Below are positions 29,171 through 38,281 of a DNA stretch of 64,000 bases, in pieces. Made by a program: the position numbers and the translations under genes. The notes beneath the pieces were generated by a model. The model did not search any database, was not told the DNA's origin, and saw only the letters and a program-made list of their open reading frames with translations. Source of the DNA: Elusimicrobia bacterium GWD2_63_28 (GTDB taxonomy: Bacteria > Elusimicrobiota > Elusimicrobia > Elusimicrobiales > UBA9959); assembly GCA_001799895.1 (NCBI GenBank), contig MGUI01000015.1, positions 20,338 to 84,337 on the forward strand, read 5' to 3'. Numbering within the stretch: position 1 is the first letter of the stretch; the number at the start of each line of letters is the position of its first letter.

Positions 29171-29347
29171 TTATCCCCTAACGGCTGAAGGCTGGCTTGG
29201 TCCCTGGGGAACATTATAAGTGTAGCCGACACAATCACAAACTCCCGGAACCGATACAAAGGACAGCCTCTTGTCCAATTCCGCGACCATCAAATCCTCT
29301 TCCGACAGGAATTCCACCGATTCAATTATGTTGGTTTCTTTTTTCAT
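29171..29347 (-). CDS. RiPP precursor peptide P4 (58 aa, not in the ORF track)
   Basis: Hand translation of the minus strand from ATG 29347 gives MKKETNIIESVEFLSEEDLMVAELDKRLSFVSVPGVCDCVGYTYNVPQGPSQPSAVRG, with TAA at 29173-29171. AAGGTGA SD. Same leader, CxC motif and SAVRG tail as P1-P3. Confidence 0.8.
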   Translation of the reverse strand: MKKETNIIESVEFLSEEDLMVAELDKRLSFVSVPGVCDCVGYTYNVPQGPSQPSAVRG

Positions 29348-29382
29348 ATTTTCACCTTAGATCTGATTTTAGCCTGCGCCCG

Positions 29383-29405
29383 ATACGGAACAATTTTAAT
29401 GCCAG
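29383..29405 (-). promoter_or_regulatory. Conserved 23-nt upstream element, copy 2
   Basis: Same 23-mer CTGGCATTAAAATTGTTCCGTAT on the minus strand, ~43 nt upstream of the P4 ATG. Confidence 0.45.
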
Positions 29406-29488
29406 CATTCAATAGCCCCCCCCATCGAAAAGGCCATCCTGCCGGGGCAACGGCCCCGGTCAAGGAAAGATTATTTAAGTGTCGGAGT

Positions 29489-31063
29489 TTACGCGCCGGA
29501 CATCTGCTTCAGGTCGGCCAGGACGGCTTCCTTGGCGTAATTGAAATGCAGGTCCGCGCGTTCTTTGGCCAGGGCGGCCCTGGCTGAGGGGTTGGAATGG
29601 TCGGCCTTCACAAGGTCGGCTATGAGGCGCAGGACGCTCATATCGCTTATGATCTTTGCCTGCGTAAGAGCGTTGCGCTCCTTGTAGGGCTCTATGGCCG
29701 CCTCAAGGATGAAGGCGTAGATGCGCCTGTAAAGGGCGTCCGCCTGCTCCCAGATAAAGCCTACGGCAGGGTCTTTGAAGCGGTACTGCAGGTAAAGCGT
29801 CTCAATGCCGGCGCCTGTAAGATCGGCGCTCTTCTCGAACAGCCCTTCGGCCTTTATATCCGCCAGGGCCTTGGTATAGATATGGGCCTTCATGCGGTAG
29901 GCGCCGTAAGAGAAATGCTCCAACCCCACCTTCACCATGAAGTTGGCCGAGCGCACCAGGTCCGGCACGGTGGTCCAGGGGGTGAAAAAGATGTAGCCGC
30001 AGTCGAAATGCACTTTTTCCGCGTTAAGGATATTAACGGCTTCGCAGATCTCAGCCACGGTGATCTTCTTGTTGAACGCCTCCAGTTCGGAAGCGTTAAT
30101 TGACTCTACGCCGATGAAGAGGCCGGTCAGGCCGCAGGCCTTCAGGATCTTCAGGCGGGGCGCGGTAATGTCGTTCACGCGGCAGGCGATGAAGAAACCG
30201 ATCTCCAGGCCCCGCTTTTTTATTTCGGCGCTGAAGTCTTCCAGGTATTTATCGGCGGCGCCGGCATCGGCGGACGGGAAGAAATTGTCGGCCTGGAAAT
30301 TAAAGTGGCGGCAGCCGGCCCTATAGAGCTCCTCCACCTCGTCGAAGAAAGAATTCAGGGACCTGCGGCGTATGGCGGAATGGCCGGAAAGGCCGTAAAA
30401 CTCCTGCAGGGCGCAGAACGAACAGCGCCCGTAGCAGCCCCTGGCTAGCTCCACCGGCTGCATGCCCCCCGTGCCGCCGTAACGCAGCGGGCGGGGCAGG
30501 GCGTCCAGGTCGCCGGTGACGCGGACATGCGGATTTTTAACCAGTGCGCCATCTTTCCCGGGGTAGATTATCCCGCTGGTAGCGCGCCAGTCGCGGCCTT
30601 CCCTGAGGTTGGCCGCCAGTTCGCAGGCGGCGGCTTCGCCGTCGCCGTAAACTATGGAATCGAAGTAAGGAAACTTTGAGAACAGCAGTTCCGCGTAAAG
30701 CGAGGCAAAGGCCCCGCCGGCCGTGATATGCTGTTTGCAGCCGGCGGCCCGCAGCTTTTTAATTATCCTTATCGCCGGGCCCAGGTTGTAGATATTCAGG
30801 GAAAAGCCGAGGCAGTTAAAATCGCTTTGAGCTGCCAGCGCCACGGTCTCGTCGACCGAAAGCCTCTCGAAATTAGAATCTATGATCCTGAAACTGACGC
30901 CTTTTTCCCGCAGGTAGGCGGCCAGCGCGCCCAGGCCCAGGTTGAGCTGCTCCTCCTGGCGCTCGTAATACTTGTAGAACATCTCCTGCGGATGTTCTAT
31001 TTCTATGGAGGGATTGAGCAGCAGCAAGTCGACTTTCCCGCCTGGGCCGCCGGTTTCGTTCAT
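29489..31063 (-). CDS. B12-binding-domain radical SAM enzyme (class B), RiPP island member
   Basis: 524 aa. An N-terminal Rossmann-like B12-type domain (VDLLLLNPS...GLGALAAYLREKGVSFRIID) and the cluster motif LARGCYGRCSFCAL (CX3CX2C). Starts 19 nt after the hutH stop. Confidence 0.8.
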   Translation of the reverse strand: MNETGGPGGKVDLLLLNPSIEIEHPQEMFYKYYERQEEQLNLGLGALAAYLREKGVSFRIIDSNFERLSVDETVALAAQSDFNCLGFSLNIYNLGPAIRIIKKLRAAGCKQHITAGGAFASLYAELLFSKFPYFDSIVYGDGEAAACELAANLREGRDWRATSGIIYPGKDGALVKNPHVRVTGDLDALPRPLRYGGTGGMQPVELARGCYGRCSFCALQEFYGLSGHSAIRRRSLNSFFDEVEELYRAGCRHFNFQADNFFPSADAGAADKYLEDFSAEIKKRGLEIGFFIACRVNDITAPRLKILKACGLTGLFIGVESINASELEAFNKKITVAEICEAVNILNAEKVHFDCGYIFFTPWTTVPDLVRSANFMVKVGLEHFSYGAYRMKAHIYTKALADIKAEGLFEKSADLTGAGIETLYLQYRFKDPAVGFIWEQADALYRRIYAFILEAAIEPYKERNALTQAKIISDMSVLRLIADLVKADHSNPSARAALAKERADLHFNYAKEAVLADLKQMSGA

Positions 31064-31082
31064 AATTAAACCCGCCGGCCGG

Positions 31083-32609
31083 TCAGGGGACGAAATAGCC
31101 GTTCAGCACCGCGTCGGCCACGGCCTCTATGCGGCCGGAGAAGACCTCGTCGCCCTTGAAGGCGGGGGAGATCTTGCGGAGCTGCGCGAGGGCGGCCTCC
31201 ACGCGGGCGCCCGACTTGAGCGGGCGGTGGAACTCCACGCCCTCGGCGGCGGCCATCAGCTCTATGGCGGTTATGCACGCCACGTTGCGCACCACGGTGC
31301 GCAGTTTCAGCGCGGCGTTCATGCCCATGCTGACGAAGTCCTCCTTGTTGGCGGAGGTGGGGATGGAATCGGCGCTGGCCGGGTGGCTGAGGATCTTGTT
31401 CTCGTTGCAGAGCGCGGCGGCGGTGACGTGCGCTATCATGAAGCCCGACTCCAGCCCCGGGTTGCGGGCCAGGAAAGGCGGCAGGATCTCGAAGTCGCTG
31501 ACCAGCTGGGCGGTGCGTCGCTCGGAGATATTGCCGAGGGCCGTGAGGGCGATGGCGGCGAAGTCGGAGGCGAAGGCCACGGCCTGGCCGTGGAAGTTGC
31601 CGCCGGAGATGACGTCTATGGAGCCGCGCGTTTTTCCCTCTACCACCAGGGGGTTGTCGGTGACGCTGCCCAGCTCCGTCTCGAAAACGTTCAGCGCGTA
31701 CTCGATGGCGTCGCGGGCGGCGCCCATGGCCTGCGGCATGCAGCGCAGGCAGTAAGGGTCCTGCACGCGCTTGTCGGCCGTCTTGTGCGAGGCGCGGATC
31801 TGGCTGCCCTTCAGCATGGACTCCAGCATCTCCGCCACCTCGAGCTGCCCGGGATGCGGCTTCAGCTCGTGGATGCGCTTGTCGAAGGCGGAAGGGGTGC
31901 CCTTCAGCGCCTCCACGCTCATGGCCCCGGCGAGCACGGAGGAATAGAACAGGTTCATGGCCTCGAAGAGCGCCAGGCCGCCGACGGCCTTCATGGCCTG
32001 AGTGCCGTTGATCAGGGCGAGGCCCTCTTTCTCAGCCAGCTCTATCGGTTTTATGCCGGCTTCCTTCAGCACCTCGGCGGAAGGGCGCCAGTCGCGCTCG
32101 TCCTCGAACTTGGCCATGCCCTCGCCTATCAGGGTCAGCGCCATGTGGGCCGACGGGGCAAGGTCGCCGCTGGCGCCTACCGAGCCCTTGGACGGGATGA
32201 ACGGGATAACGCCCTTGTTGACGAGGGCCGAAAGGGTTTTAACCACCACCGGGCGCACGCCGGAGTTGCCGCGGGCTAGCTCGTTGGCCCGGGCGAAGAT
32301 GAGGCCGCGGGCCTCGGCGTCGTCGAGCGGGTCGCCTACGCCGCAGGCGTGGCTGCGGATCAGGTTCACCTGCAGGCTCTTCAGGCTTTCGCGCGAGACG
32401 CGCTGGCTGGCCAGCTCGCCGAAGCCGGTGTTGATGCCGTACATCACGCGGTCCTCGGCCAGCAGCGCCTCCAGCGCTTTGCGCCGGGACTCTATAAGTT
32501 TAAGGGCCTTGGGCGGGATCTCGGTCTTGCGGTAGCCGAAGGCCACCTCGGCGAAGTCCACTATATCCGGGGCCGAACCGAGGCTGAAAGGCTTGTTCTT
32601 TGCGCTCAT
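31083..32609 (-). CDS. hutH: Histidine ammonia-lyase
   Basis: MIO-forming GSVGASGDLAPSAH motif, with full-length HAL-like sequence. I prefer ATG 32609 (GGAGGA 8 nt upstream, ATGA overlap with the upstream gene) over 32627. Confidence 0.95.
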   Translation of the reverse strand: MSAKNKPFSLGSAPDIVDFAEVAFGYRKTEIPPKALKLIESRRKALEALLAEDRVMYGINTGFGELASQRVSRESLKSLQVNLIRSHACGVGDPLDDAEARGLIFARANELARGNSGVRPVVVKTLSALVNKGVIPFIPSKGSVGASGDLAPSAHMALTLIGEGMAKFEDERDWRPSAEVLKEAGIKPIELAEKEGLALINGTQAMKAVGGLALFEAMNLFYSSVLAGAMSVEALKGTPSAFDKRIHELKPHPGQLEVAEMLESMLKGSQIRASHKTADKRVQDPYCLRCMPQAMGAARDAIEYALNVFETELGSVTDNPLVVEGKTRGSIDVISGGNFHGQAVAFASDFAAIALTALGNISERRTAQLVSDFEILPPFLARNPGLESGFMIAHVTAAALCNENKILSHPASADSIPTSANKEDFVSMGMNAALKLRTVVRNVACITAIELMAAAEGVEFHRPLKSGARVEAALAQLRKISPAFKGDEVFSGRIEAVADAVLNGYFVP

Positions 32610-33199
32610 GATGTTTTTCCTCCGCATTTTTCCGAAAGGTCCTTCACGGTCGCCACCCCGGCGGCCCTGAAGGCGGTTATGAAATGTTCAAAGATCTTGC
32701 GCGTCATTTCCACGTCGGCGAGCGCGCGGTGCCAGCCCTGGCTGGAGATGTTGAGTTCGGCGGCGATATTGCCCAGCCGGTTGCTCTGGAACTTCCAGTT
32801 CTTGCGGGCTATGGCGAGGGTGTCCACCACGTGCAGCTTCGGGAACTTAAGCCCGACCCGTTTGAATTCTTCCCGCAGGAAGCCCAGGTCGAAGTCGGCG
32901 TTATGCGCCACCACGACGGCGTTCTCCAGCAGGTCCAGCAGGCGCGGCGCCACCTGGCCGAAGGACGGGCTGTCCTTGACCATGGCGTCGGTGATGCCGT
33001 GGATCTTGGAGACCTCCGCGGGGATAGGCACGCCGGGGTTGACCAGCTCGGACAGCGTTCCCACGCGGGCAGCTCCCAGGAAACTGACGGCGGCCACCTC
33101 GCAGACGCGAGCCGACCGCGGGGAAAGCCCGGTGGTCTCCACGTCGATGAAGGTAAAGACGGCTTCTTCTATTTTTTGTTTCTCTATTACTTCCAGCAT
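32606..33199 (-). CDS. DEDD 3'-5' exonuclease (DNA polymerase III epsilon-like)
   Basis: 197 aa. ExoI FIDVETTGL, ExoII VVAHNADFDLGFL, ExoIII HRALADVEMT. Confidence 0.8.
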   Translation of the reverse strand: MLEVIEKQKIEEAVFTFIDVETTGLSPRSARVCEVAAVSFLGAARVGTLSELVNPGVPIPAEVSKIHGITDAMVKDSPSFGQVAPRLLDLLENAVVVAHNADFDLGFLREEFKRVGLKFPKLHVVDTLAIARKNWKFQSNRLGNIAAELNISSQGWHRALADVEMTRKIFEHFITAFRAAGVATVKDLSEKCGGKTS

Positions 33200-33209
33200 G
33201 TCCGCCTTG

Positions 33210-33923
33210 TTATAAATAGCCGTAATACACGAACCTGGTGCAGGCGCCCAGCAGCGCGGCGATAACCACGCTGAGCCAGACGTTAATGCCGCTCAGGTCC
33301 ATGATGCGCTTGCGCCTGATGTAGAAGAGCTGCGCCGCCCAGATGATGGCGAAGGGGATCCACCAGCGCCCCTCGGCGAAGAAGAAGGCCCACAGCACCA
33401 CCCGCTCGAAGATCAGGAAATATTTCTCGTCGAAGCTGGGGAAGGGCTTGCCGAACAGGTCCTTCTCTACGAAGTAGATCAGCACCGTGGTGGAATGCGT
33501 CACCAGCACCAGCATGGAGGCGATAGCCGCCCACTTGTCCCCCATCAGCAGGTCGGGGCCTGGCATCACGACGGGCGCTATCATGAACAGCACGTAGAAA
33601 TGCAATACCTGGTCGGCCAGGAAGCTGGCGGTATTGTCCTTCCAGCCCAGGGTCTTCATGCTGTAGACCCGCAGCTGGTCCACGATGAAGTGGATGGCCA
33701 TCATCAGCAGCAGGGCGCCCCAGCCGCTGACCGCCACGCCGCCTGCGCTGAACCAGGTCTCCGGGAGATAGTCCCAGACCAGCGCGGCGGACACGATGAA
33801 GTGGGTCAGGCAGTGCAGCAGCATGCCCCACAGGTTCTTGCGCTTCATGCGGTTCACGACGTCAAACTGCAGCGTGAAGTCCGCGAGAAGGTGCGAAAGT
33901 ACCAGGCGCCAGAAGATTACCAT
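33210..33923 (-). CDS. DUF3307-like integral membrane protein
   Basis: 237 aa. N-terminal LSHLLADFTLQ motif, conserved His residues, about 7 TM segments. Confidence 0.55.
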   Translation of the reverse strand: MVIFWRLVLSHLLADFTLQFDVVNRMKRKNLWGMLLHCLTHFIVSAALVWDYLPETWFSAGGVAVSGWGALLLMMAIHFIVDQLRVYSMKTLGWKDNTASFLADQVLHFYVLFMIAPVVMPGPDLLMGDKWAAIASMLVLVTHSTTVLIYFVEKDLFGKPFPSFDEKYFLIFERVVLWAFFFAEGRWWIPFAIIWAAQLFYIRRKRIMDLSGINVWLSVVIAALLGACTRFVYYGYL

Positions 33924-33929
33924 AAGCCC

Positions 33930-36149
33930 TTAGCCTTTCTCGGTAAGGTTGAACGACTGGTCCCAGTCCTTGATCGGCTCTTTGATAAAGAGCTCGGCCT
34001 TGCCTATGTAGAATTTGACCGGCCCGTCGTCCGGGCGGGCGGCCAGCGCGGCCTGGAAGTCCGGCAGGGACCCGGCGTAGTCGCCCTTGTAGAACTTCTC
34101 TATGCCCGCCTCGTAGTGCTTGAGCATGGCCTTCACTTCCGGCTCCGCTTCCCCCTTCATGGCGAAGGGCTCGTAGACCTTCACGGGGATGAGCTTGCCC
34201 ACCACCCGGATGCTGCCGAGGTAGCGGTAGTCGAAGAAGTCCTTGATGTCGCCGAAGGTCATCTCGCTGGTCATGATCTTGGAGGCGAAGTACTTGTTGG
34301 CGCCCTCCATGCGGGAGGCCATGTTCACGGTGTCGCCCATGACGGTGTAGGAGAGGCGCGACCTGGAGCCCATGTTGCCCACTACCATAGGGCCGGAGTT
34401 AACGCCCACGCGGCATTTGGGCTTTATGGTGAACTGCGTGAGCGCCTCGTTGAGGCGCGTCATGGCTTTCTGGCAGTCTATGGCCGCCATCACGCCGAGC
34501 TTGCGGTGGTCGGCCTGGTCCAGAGGGGCGTTCCAGAAGGCCACGACGCAGTCGCCGATATACTTATCCACCGTGCCGTCGTACTTCAGGATGACGTCGG
34601 TAAAGGCCGACAGGTATTCCACCAGCATGGAGGTCAGCTCTTCGGGCGAGAGCTTCTCGGACATGGTCGTGAAGCCCGCCAGGTCCAGGAAGAAGGCGGT
34701 CATGTCGCGCTTCTCGCCGCCCAGCGACAGCTTGGACGGGTCCTTGGTGATCATTTCCACCACCTTCGGCGACAGGTACTGTCCGAAGGTGTTCTTTATC
34801 CATTTCTTCTCGCGGCCCTCGGCCAGGCCCTTGTCCACGGTAATGTAGGCGAAAGGCAGGAAGAAGGCTAGAGACACCGTGGCAAAAGGCATCAGCACTC
34901 CGTTGATCAGCAGAACCACGTAGCCGACCGCCAGGGCCAGCAGGAAGCCGGTCCCGGAGGAGGTTAGCACGGGCATCGAATACTTGCGCAGGATTACCGG
35001 CACCCAGGGCAGCAGCAGCGTGAGCAGCGTGGTCCAGCCGAGGAAGAGCGGCGTAATAAAGTCCCCGGAGAGGGCGTTGTCGATGTAGGTGGCGTGCACC
35101 TCCACGCCCGGCAACTGTTTGGAGAAGGGACTGGGCGAATAATCGAAGGCGCCCACGGCCGTGGAGCCCACCAGCAGGACGCCGCCTTTTATAGCTTCTC
35201 TTTCTTCCTTGCTGAGGCGTCCGCTAAGGATGTCGGCAAAGGAGATATGCCTGAAGCTGGAGCCGGTCACGTCCCTCTTATCTTTTGTCCAGCCGGGATG
35301 CTTGACCCGCGCCACATAGTTGCGGTAGCGCAGGATCTTTCCCTGGCTTTCGGTCGCTTGCTCGGCCGCGTCTCTTTTGTATTCGTAAAAAAGCTGGGAA
35401 ACATGCTTGCCGGTATAGAAAGACACCCCGGCTATGCCGATGGAAGGGATAGGCAGGTCGGGGAATTCCTTGCCCATCGCGGTCTTTTTCAGTTCCGTCT
35501 GACCGAAAGTTATATATTCCACAGGGTCAGCCGTCTCATCCTTAACCCAGAACGGCATGTAGCGCCGTATCTGGCCGTCGGTGTCGAGCAGCGTATCCAC
35601 GTGCGGGTGGGACATGATGGCGCTGGCCGCGGCCAGCCCCTTGATCGGGTACTTGAAATTCTCGGTTCCCGACTCCTTGATGATCAGGTTGGAGACATTG
35701 CCCGCCCTGGCCGTGGCGGCTACGAAGCGGCTATTGTCGGAGTCTTTGTCCCGCTTACTCTGCGTTACTATCACATCGAAGACTACGGCCTTGGCGCCGT
35801 ACTGTTTCAGCCTGTCTATCATGTCGCCGTATAGGTTGCGGGGAATGGGCCAGCCATACTGGTCCAGCGAATAGTCGTCTATGGCCGCGATGGAAATCTT
35901 GGAATTGGCCGGTTTCGTGATATATTTGCCGTAAAACACCCTGTTGCCGAAAGAATCGTCCGGCTCCATCAGCCTGTCGGCGAAAGGGACATGATTGGCT
36001 ATTAGGGTGGGCAGGTTCATGATAAAATGGTCCCAGCCGAAATCCAGGCGCCGTGTGATTTCAGAGACGGTGCATGTCGTGAACCAGAGCACGGAAAACA
36101 CGAGAATCCCCGCATAGAGTTTCTTATTCCCCGCAGTTTTAGTCGCCAT
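33930..36149 (-). CDS. CHASE2-domain sensor adenylate/guanylate cyclase with C-terminal helical-repeat region
   Basis: 739 aa. N-terminal TM, a large periplasmic CHASE2-like region, TM bundle, cyclase motifs MTAFFLDLAGFTTMSEKL, GDCVVAFWNAP and VGVNSGPMVVGNMGS. Confidence 0.85.
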   Translation of the reverse strand: MATKTAGNKKLYAGILVFSVLWFTTCTVSEITRRLDFGWDHFIMNLPTLIANHVPFADRLMEPDDSFGNRVFYGKYITKPANSKISIAAIDDYSLDQYGWPIPRNLYGDMIDRLKQYGAKAVVFDVIVTQSKRDKDSDNSRFVAATARAGNVSNLIIKESGTENFKYPIKGLAAASAIMSHPHVDTLLDTDGQIRRYMPFWVKDETADPVEYITFGQTELKKTAMGKEFPDLPIPSIGIAGVSFYTGKHVSQLFYEYKRDAAEQATESQGKILRYRNYVARVKHPGWTKDKRDVTGSSFRHISFADILSGRLSKEEREAIKGGVLLVGSTAVGAFDYSPSPFSKQLPGVEVHATYIDNALSGDFITPLFLGWTTLLTLLLPWVPVILRKYSMPVLTSSGTGFLLALAVGYVVLLINGVLMPFATVSLAFFLPFAYITVDKGLAEGREKKWIKNTFGQYLSPKVVEMITKDPSKLSLGGEKRDMTAFFLDLAGFTTMSEKLSPEELTSMLVEYLSAFTDVILKYDGTVDKYIGDCVVAFWNAPLDQADHRKLGVMAAIDCQKAMTRLNEALTQFTIKPKCRVGVNSGPMVVGNMGSRSRLSYTVMGDTVNMASRMEGANKYFASKIMTSEMTFGDIKDFFDYRYLGSIRVVGKLIPVKVYEPFAMKGEAEPEVKAMLKHYEAGIEKFYKGDYAGSLPDFQAALAARPDDGPVKFYIGKAELFIKEPIKDWDQSFNLTEKG

Positions 36150-36200
36150 AGTTACAGAACCCCTTTACTGTTTTTCAGAACAGGCTTTTTACCCCAGCGT

Positions 36201-38213
36201 TTACTTCACCGAAAATTTGAAAACCCCGCCCGGGCCCGCTTCGGCCCAGATGCTGCCGCCGTGCAGCTCCGCTATCTTGCGCGAGATGGCCAGGCCCAGG
36301 CCGAAGCCGGCCTCGCCTTCCCCCGCCTTGAGCCGCTTATACCTGTCAAAAACCGCTTCCAGCTGGTCTCCGGGTATGCCCGGGCCGGTGTCGGCTACCG
36401 AGAACAAAACTCCGCCGTTCCGGGCCCTGACCGAGGCGGTAACCTTGCCGCCGGCCGGAGTGAATTTCCAGGCGTTGGACAGCAGGTTCTCCACCACCCG
36501 GCGCAGCAGGGAGGAGTCAGCCGCGAACTCCAGCTTTTCAGCGCCGGCGGTTTCAACGGCCAGCGCCACGCCCTTTTCCTCGAAAATCGCCCTGAAGCTT
36601 TCGGCGGAGGAGGAGAGGAACTCGGCCGCGTTCACCTTCTGCAGATCCAGCTTCAGCTGGCCGGCCTCCATGCGCGAGATGTCCAGGATATTCTCGAGCA
36701 GCTTGAAGAGGCGGTCGCTGGAGTCCTTCACGTTGCGCACGTAGCCGGACTGCCTGGCCTCCGGCGGGAATTCCTTTTCCAGCAGCTTGATGTAGCCCTG
36801 CATGGTCAGCAGCGGGGCGCGCAGGTCGTGGGCCACCGAGTGGAAGAAATCTTCCTTCATCTTCTGCATGCCGCGTTCCAGCGTGATGTCGCGCAGCACC
36901 ATGAAGACCGCCGGGTTCTGGGTCTTGGCGGAGAGCGTCTGAACGCTGACGCGGTAATATTTTTTTTCGCCGCCCCGCTCCAGCTCCACCGCGCCGCCCT
37001 TGGCCGCAGAGCTCTTGTAGACCAGGTCGGCCACCCTGCGGCGGACGGCCTCGTTCTCGCCCTGGGCGGCGTCGGCGCCCAGGATCTCGCGGGCCGCAGC
37101 GTTGGCGTAAAGCAGTTCCCCCCGCATGTCGGAGAGCACGATAGCGTCGTGGATCAGGCTGACGAGCAGCTCCAGCTTCTGCTTCTCTTCGAAGACCTTC
37201 TCCACCTGTATGCCGTGGTAGCGGTCAACTTCCCTCATCATCGAGTTGAAAGCCCGCAGCAGCGCCGACAGCTCCGTGAACTCCGTGGTCTCCGGGACCG
37301 GCGCCTTGAATTCCCCCGAAGAGACCCGCAGGGCGCCGTCCATCAGCGCGGCCACGGGCACGCCGAGGCGGCGCGTGAAGAGCAGCGCCGAGAAATAGAA
37401 GACGGTGACCACCGCCAGCAGGAAGAAGGCGGTCAGCCACGAGATGCGGTTAAGCCCGCCGAAGGCCTCGGCCTTGTTCTCCAGCGCCACCATGAACAGG
37501 TCGAAGCCGCGCACCGGGGCGGCCGCCCCTATATACGGGCCGTAGCGACCGGAGATCTCGAAGACCGCGCCCCGCTTGAGGATGTCGCGGACCTCGGCGC
37601 CGTTGAATTTTTCGAAGGAGCCGGACAGCGCGATGGCGTTGCCCTCGGCGTCGGCCAGCAGCAGGCCTCCGGTCTCGCCCAGCTTCTGGGTGCGCAGCTT
37701 GACGAAGAGGTCCCGCAGGTTCACCGCGGCGAAGGCGTAATAGCCGCCGCCCAGCGGGTAGACCAGGCGGCAGACCGGCATGTCGTAGATGGTCTCGAAG
37801 CGGCCCAGCGCCGCGCGCCCGGTGCGCGCCGCGCCCTGGAACAGGGCGTCCCCTGACAGGTCCACGTAGCCGAAATAGCGCTTGAGCTCGGGCGCCCCGC
37901 CGCTGAGCACCTCGCGGCCGTCGGCCTTGGTAAAGGCCAGGAAAAGGAATTCGGGGTTCTTCTTCAGCGCCTTCTCCAGGGAGGCCTGGCTGACGTAGGA
38001 GGCGTCTGAATCCCACATGCGCTCGAAGCGGCGCGACAGGTCCTGCGCCTCCCGCTCCATCATCAGCGAGCCCATCTGGGCGACGTTGCGCTGGAAATTG
38101 GAGATGTCCTGCCTGGCCCGGGACTGGAAATAGAACAAGAATAGCGTGGCCGGGACCAGCGGGATAAGCCCGGCCCCGAACACGATAAGCAGCAGCCTGT
38201 TCAATAAGGTCAC
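36201..38213 (-). CDS. Sensor histidine kinase (periplasmic sensor, HAMP, PAS, HisKA, HATPase)
   Basis: 670 aa. H-box [14 protein letters not shown]-box [10 protein letters not shown]-boxes DTGPGIP and [21 protein letters not shown] start. Confidence 0.85.
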   Translation of the reverse strand: MTLLNRLLLIVFGAGLIPLVPATLFLFYFQSRARQDISNFQRNVAQMGSLMMEREAQDLSRRFERMWDSDASYVSQASLEKALKKNPEFLFLAFTKADGREVLSGGAPELKRYFGYVDLSGDALFQGAARTGRAALGRFETIYDMPVCRLVYPLGGGYYAFAAVNLRDLFVKLRTQKLGETGGLLLADAEGNAIALSGSFEKFNGAEVRDILKRGAVFEISGRYGPYIGAAAPVRGFDLFMVALENKAEAFGGLNRISWLTAFFLLAVVTVFYFSALLFTRRLGVPVAALMDGALRVSSGEFKAPVPETTEFTELSALLRAFNSMMREVDRYHGIQVEKVFEEKQKLELLVSLIHDAIVLSDMRGELLYANAAAREILGADAAQGENEAVRRRVADLVYKSSAAKGGAVELERGGEKKYYRVSVQTLSAKTQNPAVFMVLRDITLERGMQKMKEDFFHSVAHDLRAPLLTMQGYIKLLEKEFPPEARQSGYVRNVKDSSDRLFKLLENILDISRMEAGQLKLDLQKVNAAEFLSSSAESFRAIFEEKGVALAVETAGAEKLEFAADSSLLRRVVENLLSNAWKFTPAGGKVTASVRARNGGVLFSVADTGPGIPGDQLEAVFDRYKRLKAGEGEAGFGLGLAISRKIAELHGGSIWAEAGPGGVFKFSVK

Positions 38214-38281
38214 AATAAATTAAAAACCCGCCGGAGCCGGCCCCGCGGCCGCCCCCCATTCCTTCGGTTCGCCAGGCGAAC

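Larger units (their letters stand above)
28349..29405 (-). repeat. Tandem duplication of a two-gene precursor module (element-P4-P3 and element-P2-P1)
   Basis: The four homologous small genes form two pairs, each pair separated by 11 nt and preceded by the same 23-nt element. Confidence 0.8.

Noticed and set aside
28349-29405. Possibility that the periodic ~200-300 bp repeats here are a CRISPR array or non-coding repeat.
   Set aside because: The repeat units are translated genes with SDs and amino-acid-level conservation through synonymous changes. The units are far longer than CRISPR repeats, and no cas genes are present.
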